Below, one piece after another: positions 1-6,572 of a stretch of DNA of 10,774 nt (positions are counted from its first letter, which is position 1; each line of letters begins with the position of its first letter). The notes beneath the pieces were generated by a model. The model searched no databases. It worked only from the letters and a program-made list of their open reading frames with translations, and was not told the origin of the DNA. Both the position numbers and the translations under genes were made by a program. Source of the DNA: Myxococcales bacterium (GTDB lineage: Bacteria; Myxococcota; Myxococcia; Myxococcales; Anaeromyxobacteraceae); contig JBBQEB010000130.1 of the NCBI GenBank assembly GCA_038320275.1, forward strand, positions 1-10,774, in the 5' to 3' direction.

Positions 1-1299
1 GGAGCACGTTCTTCAGCAGATTTGAAAGGAGCGTTGGCCGGCAAAGTCCGGGCCGTGGAGTTCCGTGGCTGGGGCCAAGTTTCGACTCTAGATGCGAGTG
101 CTTTCACGGAGGGGTGCGACCTCATCATCACGGATCCGCCCTATGCGGATGCCGTGATGTACGAGGAGATCACCGAGTTCTTCATCGCCTGGCAGCGGAC
201 CCGCCCGCCCGCGCCATTCGCAAGCTGGGTCTGGGACAGCCGCCGCGACGTAGCCATCACCGGCTCCGGGGAGAGCTTCCGCCGCGAGATGGTGAAGGCT
301 TACTCCGCCATGACCGCGCGCATGCCCGACCACGGGCTGCAGGTGGTCATGTTCACGCACCAGGACGCGGGCGTCTGGGCCGACATGGCGGGCATCTTCT
401 GGGGCGCTGGCCTTCAGGTCACGGCCGCCTGGTACATCGCCACCGAGACCACCTCCGAGCTCAAGAAGGGCGGCTACGTGCAGGGCACCGTCCTCATGGT
501 CCTGCGCAAGCGGCGCGGCACCGCATCCGGCTCCACGTCCGCTTACAAGGACGAGCTGGTGCTCGAGCTGCGACAGGAGGTCGCGAAGCAGATCGAGACC
601 ATGGTCGGCCTGAACCAGCGCACCAAGGCGCACGGCCGGTCGGAGAACCTCTTCGAGGACGCAGACCTCCAGATGGCCGGCTACGCCGCCGCCCTGCGGG
701 TCATCACCGCCTACACCCACCTCGACGGGCAGGACATGACGCGGGAGGCGGTGCGGCCGCGCATCGCCGGACAGCAGTCGCTCGTGGACGAGCTCATCGA
801 GTTCGCCGTCGCCACCGCCAACGAGCACCTCATCCCCGAGGGGCTCGATGCCCACGTCTGGGCGCGGCTCTCCGGGAGCGAGCGCTTCTACCTGCGCATG
901 CTCGACGTGGAGCGCGCCGGCGGAAAGAAGGTCGACAACTACCAGAACTTCGCCAAGGCCTTCCGGGTGGCGAGCTGGAAGCCGCTCATGGCGAGCGAGC
1001 GGGCCAACGACGCCCGCCTCAAGTCCGCCGCCGAGCTGAAGCGCGCCGAGTTCTCTGGCGAGTTCGGCGAGTCCATGCTGCGCGCCGTGCTCTACGCCCT
1101 CCACGAGCTCCAGTCCGAGGTGGAGGGGGACGAGGTGCTGAGCCACCTGCGCGACAACGTCAAAGACTACCTCAGGCGCAGGCCCGACCTCGTCGCTGCC
1201 GCCGAGTACCTGGCGAGGAATCTGGAGCGCCGCCGCCCCGAGGAGGCCTCGGCCGCGCGCGTGCTCACGGGGCTCGTCCGCAACGAGAAGCTCGCGTGA
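1..1299 (+). CDS. DUF1156-type amino (adenine) DNA methyltransferase of a restriction-like anti-phage system, C-terminal part (5'-truncated by the window edge)
   Basis: Frame +1 is open from base 1 (GARSSADLKG...), so TTG at 22 is probably not the real start. Catalytic motif IV is present (LIITDPPYADAVMYEEITEFF), along with FTHQDAGVW and GGYVQGTVLMVLRKR segments typical of this family. GC3 bias is strong after about 110. Stop TGA at 1297-1299. A PLD-SNF2 gene follows. Confidence 0.9.
   Translation, partial: GARSSADLKGALAGKVRAVEFRGWGQVSTLDASAFTEGCDLIITDPPYADAVMYEEITEFFIAWQRTRPPAPFASWVWDSRRDVAITGSGESFRREMVKAYSAMTARMPDHGLQVVMFTHQDAGVWADMAGIFWGAGLQVTAAWYIATETTSELKKGGYVQGTVLMVLRKRRGTASGSTSAYKDELVLELRQEVAKQIETMVGLNQRTKAHGRSENLFEDADLQMAGYAAALRVITAYTHLDGQDMTREAVRPRIAGQQSLVDELIEFAVATANEHLIPEGLDAHVWARLSGSERFYLRMLDVERAGGKKVDNYQNFAKAFRVASWKPLMASERANDARLKSAAELKRAEFSGEFGESMLRAVLYALHELQSEVEGDEVLSHLRDNVKDYLRRRPDLVAAAEYLARNLERRRPEEASAARVLTGLVRNEKLA
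1291..1299 (+). repeat. 9-bp direct repeat CTCGCGTGA, left copy (includes methylase stop)
   Basis: An exact copy lies at 2022-2030; the pair brackets the TA-containing slot. Confidence 0.8.
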
Positions 1300-1322
1300 C
1301 CCGGCGCGTGACCGCCGCCACG

Positions 1323-1634
1323 TCAGCGCAGCCGCGGCAGCCGTCCGCGGGCCGTGTGCCAGACCGCGTGGATCGTCACGAGACGATGAGCGTCATCGAC
1401 CGTGAAGTAGAGATGGTAAGCGGTCCGGCGGAGGAGCAACCGGCGCGCTCCGGCAGGACGCGGAACATCGTAGGGACTACCGCTGTGCGGGGCGTCCACG
1501 AGCTGCTGAACCGCCTCGGTCAGCTCACGCGCGAACAGCCTGGGCGCCCAGGGGCGGTTCGCCTCCCACCACCCGCCGATGGTACGCAGGTGGCGCTCCG
1601 CAACTGCGGTGAACTGGACCGAATAGGGGTTCAC
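1323..1634 (-). CDS. Type II toxin, RelE/ParE family (103 aa)
   Basis: Size, N-terminal YSVQFTAVAERHLRTI and C-terminal YHLYFTVDD...VTIHAVWHTAR follow the ParE pattern. The GTG start overlaps the antitoxin stop (GTGA, 1631-1634). Confidence 0.85.
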   Translation of the reverse strand: MNPYSVQFTAVAERHLRTIGGWWEANRPWAPRLFARELTEAVQQLVDAPHSGSPYDVPRPAGARRLLLRRTAYHLYFTVDDAHRLVTIHAVWHTARGRLPRLR

Positions 1635-1855
1635 CCGCTTCGGTTCAGCTCGGCGAGCACGTCGGCGGCGGGGCGAAGTCGCCCGGCGGCTACGTCATCC
1701 TCCGACTCGGCCAACGCCGCGTGCAGCGCAGCCCGCTCGACGTCGTCCAGGTCGGCACCGTCGACGATCTCGACCTCGACCTCCGCACCCTCCGGAAGCT
1801 CCGTCGGCTCATCGACGACGAGGCGTCCCCCTCTGACGTGTGCCATGAGGCGCAT
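1631..1855 (-). CDS. Cognate antitoxin (about 74 aa) with an AF2212/DUF104-like N-terminus and an acidic helical C-terminus
   Basis: Hidden at the end of the 530-aa shadow ORF: MRLMAHVRGGRLVVDEPTELPEGAEVEVEIVDGADLDDVERAALHAALAESEDDVAAGRLRPAADVLAELNRSG. It is small, acidic, and lies upstream of and coupled to the toxin. Alternative ATGs are at 1846 and 1870; the latter overlaps the predicted -10. Confidence 0.82.
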   Translation of the reverse strand: MRLMAHVRGGRLVVDEPTELPEGAEVEVEIVDGADLDDVERAALHAALAESEDDVAAGRLRPAADVLAELNRSG

Positions 1856-1865
1856 CGGCTCCGGA

Positions 1866-1894
1866 ATCATAGCCGCCCGCGGCCGAGCTGGCCA
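1866..1894 (-). promoter_or_regulatory. Sigma70-like promoter for the TA operon
   Basis: The minus strand reads TGGCCA (1894-1889) - 17 nt - TATGAT (1871-1866), 10 nt before ATG 1855. The palindrome GGCCATGGCC (1890-1899) overlaps the -35. Confidence 0.65.
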
Positions 1895-1952
1895 TGGCCC
1901 CCCGGTCGGTCGAGAAGCCCGCTCCGGAGGCCGGACCCTCAGGCATCCCCCT

Positions 1953-2030
1953 GCCCTGCGCGACGTCGCGCTGTCGGAGCACGCGTCGAGCCTCATCCAC
2001 GGCAGCGTCGAGATCGGGGCCCTCGCGTGA
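1953..2030 (+). pseudogene. Probable 3' remnant of a lost cargo gene (ALRDVALSEHASSLIHGSVEIGALA*)
   Basis: 25 consecutive codons (1953-2027) end in G/C in a stretch with no other gene. The stop TGA overlaps the helicase GTG start. Confidence 0.45.
2022..2030 (+). repeat. 9-bp direct repeat CTCGCGTGA, right copy (includes helicase GTG start)
   Basis: Exact copy of 1291-1299. Confidence 0.8.
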
Positions 2031-4735
2031 TCAAGCGCTACTCGTCGAGGCTGGAGCGGCTCGACCACGTCTTCCTGCGGGAGAAGCTGAAAGGGGCCCG
2101 GCGCTACCGGCGCATCGCCGGGTACTTCCGCAGCTCGCTCTTCGAGCTCATCCACGAGGAGCTCGAGGGCATCGAGGAGATCCGCATCGTCTGCAACGCC
2201 GACCTCGACCCGCGCGACGTCGGCGTGGCGCGCTCGGCCGAGCAGCAGGCGATGGCGCTCAGGGAGAGGTGGAACGAGCGCGCGCCCGAGGCGGACAGCG
2301 TGCTCGGGCGCGACCGCTACCGCCGGCTGCACGCGCTCCTCGTGAAGGGCAACCTCCAGGTCCGCGTCGTCGACCGGACCACCTCGGCGTTCCTGCACGG
2401 CAAGGCCGGGGTGATCGAGGGGAAGGGAGGCGAAAAGACCTCCTTCCTCGGCAGCATCAACGAGACGCGCGAGGCCTGGTCCGAGAACTACGAGCTGGTC
2501 TGGGAGGACAGCTCCCCCGAGGCGGTGGACTGGGTCGAGGGCGAGTTCGAGTACCTGTGGGCGCAGGGGGTGCCACTCCCCCGGGCCATCGTCGAGGAGA
2601 TCGACCGCTGCGCGCGCCGGGTCGAGTACCGGAGGCCGGAGGACTGCCCGCCCGAGAAGCTCCCGGCCGCGGCCATGGCCGAGGCGCCCATCTACCAGCG
2701 GGGCGAGCGGCTCATGCCCTGGCAGCAGGCCTTCGTCAGCCTGTTCCTCGATCACCGCGCCACCTACGGCAAGGCGCGGCTCCTGCTGGCGGACGAGGTG
2801 GGCCTGGGAAAGACGCTCTCGCTGGCGACCAGCGCGCTCATGGCGAGCCTCCTCGGCGACGGGCCGGCGCTGGTCCTCTGTCCAGCGACGCTCACCCTGC
2901 AGTGGCAGGTGGAGCTGTGGGATCGGCTCGGCATCCCGTCGGCTGTCTGGACCACCAGGAAGACCTGGCTCGACCACACCGGCCACCACATCCGCACGCG
3001 CGGCCCGGAGGACGTGGCCCGCTGCCCGTACCAGATCGGCATCGTCTCTACCGGGCTCATCGTCCAGCACACGCCCGAGCGCCAGGCGCTGCTCGAGCGC
3101 TCCTACGGGACGCTTGTGCTGGACGAGGCGCACCGCGCGCGCGCGGCGCGGGGGATCGGGCAGTCGGGCGATCCCAACAACCTCCTCCAGTTCGTGCAGC
3201 TCGCGGCCAAGCGAGCGCGGCACGTCCTGCTGGGGACGGCGACGCCCATCCAGACCGACACGGCCGAGCTGTGGGACCTCCTCGACGTGCTGAACCGGCA
3301 GGGGGAGTTCGTCCTGGGGAAGCTCACGTCACCGTGGCGCTCGGCCGGCGCCGCGCTCCCGCTCGTCACCGGCAAGGAGCTGGTGGACGACGAGGGCTCC
3401 GCCTGGAACCTCGTCCGGAATCCGCTCCCGCCGGCACGCGAGCACGCGCTGTTCGACCTCTTGCGCACCGAGCTGCGGCTTGGTACGGGCGAGTTTTTCA
3501 CCAGCAGGGCGGCGACGGACCTGGACGACTCCGTGCGCGAGGAGCTCCTGGAGGAGATGGCCGGGCGGCCCGCCGGCCTGAGCTTCTTCCAGCGGAACAA
3601 CCCGGTGGTGCGGCACACCGTCCTGCGCCGGCGGGCGACCCTGGAAGGCAAGGGACTCCTGCCGCGAATCGAGGTCTGCATCCACCCGGGCCGGCGAGAC
3701 GAGTACGGCTTCTTCTCGGGGCTGGCGCTCCGGACGGACGCGCCCATCGACCGCGCGTACCAGGCGGCCGGCCGGTACACCGAGCTCCTCGCCCGCCGGA
3801 CGCAGGCGGCCGGCTTCATGAAGAGCCTCCTCCTGCAGCGCATCTGCTCGAGCCTCGCGAGCGGGCTCTCCACGGCCGAGAAGCTCCTCGCCAGGGAGCC
3901 ACTCGGCGAGGCCGAAGGCGAGGACGACGGCGCCCTCCCCGAGCTCGACGGCGGGGCGGCGCTGGCCGGGATCACCCCAGCCGAAAAGGCCGCGCTGCGG
4001 GAGGTGGTGGAGGCCCTCTCCGAGAGGCCGGCCGACCCCAAGCTCGACGCCGTGTGGCACTACCTCTCGCAGCTCGGCTGGCTCGGGCTCGGCTGCATCG
4101 TCTTCAGCCAGTTCTACGACACCGCCTCCTGGGTGGCCGAGAGCCTCACCGCGCGCCTTTCCGGCGAGCCCATCGCCGTCTACGCCGGCGCGGACAGGAG
4201 CGGCATCTTCCGCGACCGCCTCTGGACCTCGGTGGAGCGCGACACCATCAAGCGGGCGGTCCGGGAGCGCGAGGTCCGCCTGGTGGTGGCCACCGACGCC
4301 GCCTGCGAGGGCCTGAACCTCCAGACGCTGGGCACGCTCATCAACGTCGACCTGCCCTGGAACCCCTCCCGGCTGGAGCAGCGCATCGGCCGTATCAAGC
4401 GGTTCGGGCAGTCCCGGACCAGCGTCGACATGCTGAACCTCGTCTACGCGGGGACCCGTGACGAGGCCGTCTACGAGCGGCTCTCGCAGCGCATGAAGGA
4501 CCGCTACGACCTCTTCGGCTCCCTCCCTGACGTCATCGAGGACGACTGGATCGAGGACATCGAGCGCCTGGAAGAGAGGCTCGCGGAGTTCATCGAGCGA
4601 AAGAAGGCCGCCCTGAACGCCTTCGACGTCCGGTACTCCGACGCGGTGGACCCGAAGGGCGAGCCCTGGGGAACCTGCGCCGAGGTGCTCGCGAGGCGGG
4701 ACGTGGTGGAGCGTATGTCGCGCGGGTGGGCGTGA
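2027..4735 (+). CDS. Phospholipase D-like nuclease / SNF2-family helicase fusion anti-phage protein (902 aa)
   Basis: Start GTG 2027 (VIKRYSSR). PLD motif HGKAGVIE...FLGSINET; Walker A LLADEVGLGKT; DEAH; motif III TATP; motif V ATDAACEGLNLQ; motif VI DLPWNPSRLEQRIGRIKRFGQ. Confidence 0.93.
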   Translation: MIKRYSSRLERLDHVFLREKLKGARRYRRIAGYFRSSLFELIHEELEGIEEIRIVCNADLDPRDVGVARSAEQQAMALRERWNERAPEADSVLGRDRYRRLHALLVKGNLQVRVVDRTTSAFLHGKAGVIEGKGGEKTSFLGSINETREAWSENYELVWEDSSPEAVDWVEGEFEYLWAQGVPLPRAIVEEIDRCARRVEYRRPEDCPPEKLPAAAMAEAPIYQRGERLMPWQQAFVSLFLDHRATYGKARLLLADEVGLGKTLSLATSALMASLLGDGPALVLCPATLTLQWQVELWDRLGIPSAVWTTRKTWLDHTGHHIRTRGPEDVARCPYQIGIVSTGLIVQHTPERQALLERSYGTLVLDEAHRARAARGIGQSGDPNNLLQFVQLAAKRARHVLLGTATPIQTDTAELWDLLDVLNRQGEFVLGKLTSPWRSAGAALPLVTGKELVDDEGSAWNLVRNPLPPAREHALFDLLRTELRLGTGEFFTSRAATDLDDSVREELLEEMAGRPAGLSFFQRNNPVVRHTVLRRRATLEGKGLLPRIEVCIHPGRRDEYGFFSGLALRTDAPIDRAYQAAGRYTELLARRTQAAGFMKSLLLQRICSSLASGLSTAEKLLAREPLGEAEGEDDGALPELDGGAALAGITPAEKAALREVVEALSERPADPKLDAVWHYLSQLGWLGLGCIVFSQFYDTASWVAESLTARLSGEPIAVYAGADRSGIFRDRLWTSVERDTIKRAVREREVRLVVATDAACEGLNLQTLGTLINVDLPWNPSRLEQRIGRIKRFGQSRTSVDMLNLVYAGTRDEAVYERLSQRMKDRYDLFGSLPDVIEDDWIEDIERLEERLAEFIERKKAALNAFDVRYSDAVDPKGEPWGTCAEVLARRDVVERMSRGWA

Positions 4736-4844
4736 CCGACGATGCCATGCCTGCGGTCGAACGGTGCCGCGGCGTTCGATGACGCCCGAACCGTGCTTGG
4801 AGAGCGGCGCGAAGGGAGCGGGAAGTGGTCTGATCGTGCGTCCT

Positions 4845-4877
4845 GTCGAGCATCTGTGGAGCATTGGTCGAGCATCG
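4845..4877 (+). repeat. Three tandem 11-bp imperfect repeats
   Basis: GTCGAGCATCT / GTGGAGCATTG / GTCGAGCATCG. A fourth GAGCAT core is at 4910-4915. Confidence 0.85.
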
Positions 4878-4893
4878 ATCACGCGCCCCGCGC

Positions 4894-4915
4894 TGTCAGA
4901 CCTGCGTGCGAGCAT
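4894..4915 (+). promoter_or_regulatory. PafBC/RecA-NDp-like promoter motif upstream of the HNH gene
   Basis: TGTCAG-N10-GA-N3-T, compared with the actinobacterial consensus TGTCRG-N10-TA-N3-T. ATG 4923 follows a 7-nt gap after the final T, as expected for a leaderless mRNA. Confidence 0.45.
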
Positions 4916-4922
4916 GTTCACC

Positions 4923-6572
4923 ATGTGTGCCGCTCCCACCGACGATCCTGCCCGCGCCGTGGGGCAGCTGGCGGGCGCGGAGGCGGTCCTGGACCTCGAG
5001 CCGTTCACCTCGGCGGAGCTGGACGCGCTCTTTCGCGGAGGGGAGGCGGAGGCGGACGCCTGCGAGGCGATCCTGGCGCGGGCGGCGCGGGCGCGCGGCG
5101 CGGTGGACGTCGGGCTCGCGGAGGGCCTTCACGCGCTGCGGCAAGGCGATCGGCTGCCCCAGCTCGGCTGCCACCTCGACGACTACGCGCGCGAGGTGCT
5201 CGACCTGGGGAAGCGCGCGGCGGAGGAGCTGGCGCGCCTGGGCCGCGAGCTGGGCAGCCGGCCGCTGCTGCGCGAGGCGCTCCGGTCGGGCCGGGTCAGG
5301 CTGCGCGCCGCGCAGACGGTGCTCGGGGTCGCGAAGGGTGGCGACGAGCGGATCTGGGTGGAGCTGGCGGCGCGGCTCACGGTGCGCGAGCTGGAGGACC
5401 GGGTGCGCCGGGCGGGCGCGCTGCCCGACGAGGACGAACCCTGGCTGACCCTGCGCGCCACGCTCGACGACGAGGAGCGCGCGGCGGTGGACGAGGCGCT
5501 CGAGCTCGCCGGCGAGCTGATGCCGGGGTCGAGCCGCATGGAGCAGGTCGAGGCCATCGCTCAGGAGCTGGCGGGCGTCCTGCCAGCGCACCCCGACATC
5601 CCCGACGCCGACCACCTCCGCGAGCTGTGCGGGGTGCTCCGGCCCGTCCACCCTGCCGGCGGGGAGCGGGTGCGTGCGGCCGAGCTGGAGGCCGAGACGG
5701 AGCGGTGGGCGCTCCTGTCCGCGCTCCCCGACGTGCCGGTGCCCGGGGTGCCCCTGGAAGCCGGAGTCACCGCCCAGGAGCTCGATGCCGCCCTCCGGGA
5801 GCTGGCCCGGCTGCGGTCCCAGTGGGACGACGTCGTCGGCTACTGCGGCCTCGCCGTCAAGAAGAGCCGGCTGTACCAGCTCCTCGGCTTCGCCAGCTTC
5901 CGCCAGTATTGCGAGGAGCGGCTGGGGCTCTCCGCCCGCTCCGTCGAGCAGCGCGCAGCGGTGGAGGAGCGGCGCTGGCGCTCGTCCGAGCTCCGCGAGG
6001 CGAAACGGCAGGGCTTGCCCTTCGAGAAGCTGCGGCTCCTCACGCGCCTCCCGGACGGGGAGCTCGCGTCCTGGACGCCCCGGGCTCACGCGCTCACCTG
6101 CATCGAGCTGCGGCGCGCGCTGGAGGGCGAGACAGAGCGGCAGCTGCGCGCGCGGCGCACCATCCGGGTGCCTCTGCCCATCCGCATCGCAGCCCTGCTC
6201 GCCGCAACCATCCATGCCCTCCGGGAGCGCCTCGCGACGCCCCTCCCGGTCGGAACCTGCCTGGCGCTGCTCTCCCAGCACTTCGTGGACACCTGGCGCC
6301 GCGCCGTGAAGGTCGCCCGCACCCGTTCCAGGAAGGTGCGCGACCGCGACGGAGGCGAGTGCCAGGTGCCGGGCTGCAGCCACCGCGCGGCCCACGCCCA
6401 CCACGTCCTCTTCCGCTCCCAAGGCGGCGACGATGAGCAGGCCAACCTCGCCGGGATGTGCGCCTACCACCACCTGCGCTGCCTCCACGGCGGCTTTCTC
6501 GGCGTCGCCGGCCGCGCGCCCGCCCTGCGTTGGTCGCTCCTCGGCCAGCCGTGGGAGGGGCCACGGCCGTGA
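4923..6572 (+). CDS. HNH endonuclease with tandem DUF222-like N-terminal modules (about 549 aa)
   Basis: The C-terminus VRDRDGGECQVPGCSHRAAHAHHVLFRSQGGDDEQANLAGMCAYHHLRCLH is a Zn-finger HNH of the type found in DUF222/13E12 proteins. GC3 bias is strong from about 4923. The start could also be ATG 4914. Confidence 0.88.
   Translation: MCAAPTDDPARAVGQLAGAEAVLDLEPFTSAELDALFRGGEAEADACEAILARAARARGAVDVGLAEGLHALRQGDRLPQLGCHLDDYAREVLDLGKRAAEELARLGRELGSRPLLREALRSGRVRLRAAQTVLGVAKGGDERIWVELAARLTVRELEDRVRRAGALPDEDEPWLTLRATLDDEERAAVDEALELAGELMPGSSRMEQVEAIAQELAGVLPAHPDIPDADHLRELCGVLRPVHPAGGERVRAAELEAETERWALLSALPDVPVPGVPLEAGVTAQELDAALRELARLRSQWDDVVGYCGLAVKKSRLYQLLGFASFRQYCEERLGLSARSVEQRAAVEERRWRSSELREAKRQGLPFEKLRLLTRLPDGELASWTPRAHALTCIELRRALEGETERQLRARRTIRVPLPIRIAALLAATIHALRERLATPLPVGTCLALLSQHFVDTWRRAVKVARTRSRKVRDRDGGECQVPGCSHRAAHAHHVLFRSQGGDDEQANLAGMCAYHHLRCLHGGFLGVAGRAPALRWSLLGQPWEGPRP

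Larger units (their letters stand above)
1..4735 (+). other. Restriction-like anti-phage system (Gao 2020 type: DUF499 + DUF3780 + DUF1156 methylase + PLD/SNF2 helicase), last two genes
   Basis: Order and motifs of the methylase followed by the PLD-helicase fusion match. The DUF499 and DUF3780 genes are expected upstream and cannot be seen here. Confidence 0.8.

Noticed and set aside
1293..1313. Local duplication CGCGTGACC x2, with similar GCGTGACC at 4730
   Set aside because: It is short and GC-rich and largely explained by Ala-stop gene endings. It may be junction slippage but has no independent support.
1300..2021. TA slot as an integron cassette or IS
   Set aside because: No attC RYYYAAC/GTTRRRY ends, terminal inverted repeats, transposase or integrase are visible.
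1721..2026. 102-aa N-terminal extension of the helicase in the ORF track
   Set aside because: It overlaps the antitoxin and its promoter, is R/P-rich and lacks coding bias in that frame. Coding-like sequence begins at GTG 2027.
1856..3223. 530-aa minus-strand ORF 1631..3223 as a whole
   Set aside because: It is an antisense shadow of the helicase. Only the last 74 or so codons (the antitoxin) look real.
4845..4877. Tandem repeats as a CRISPR or guide array
   Set aside because: The units are 11 bp, directly adjacent and without spacers, and there are no cas genes.
4735..4946. 9-bp repeat ACCGACGAT at 4735-4743 and 4938-4946
   Set aside because: The second copy is inside coding sequence and the pair bounds no coherent unit, so it is probably chance.
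4923..6572. HNH protein as IscB/Cas9-like
   Set aside because: No PLMP or RuvC motifs are recognisable. The HNH is terminal and of the DUF222-associated type.
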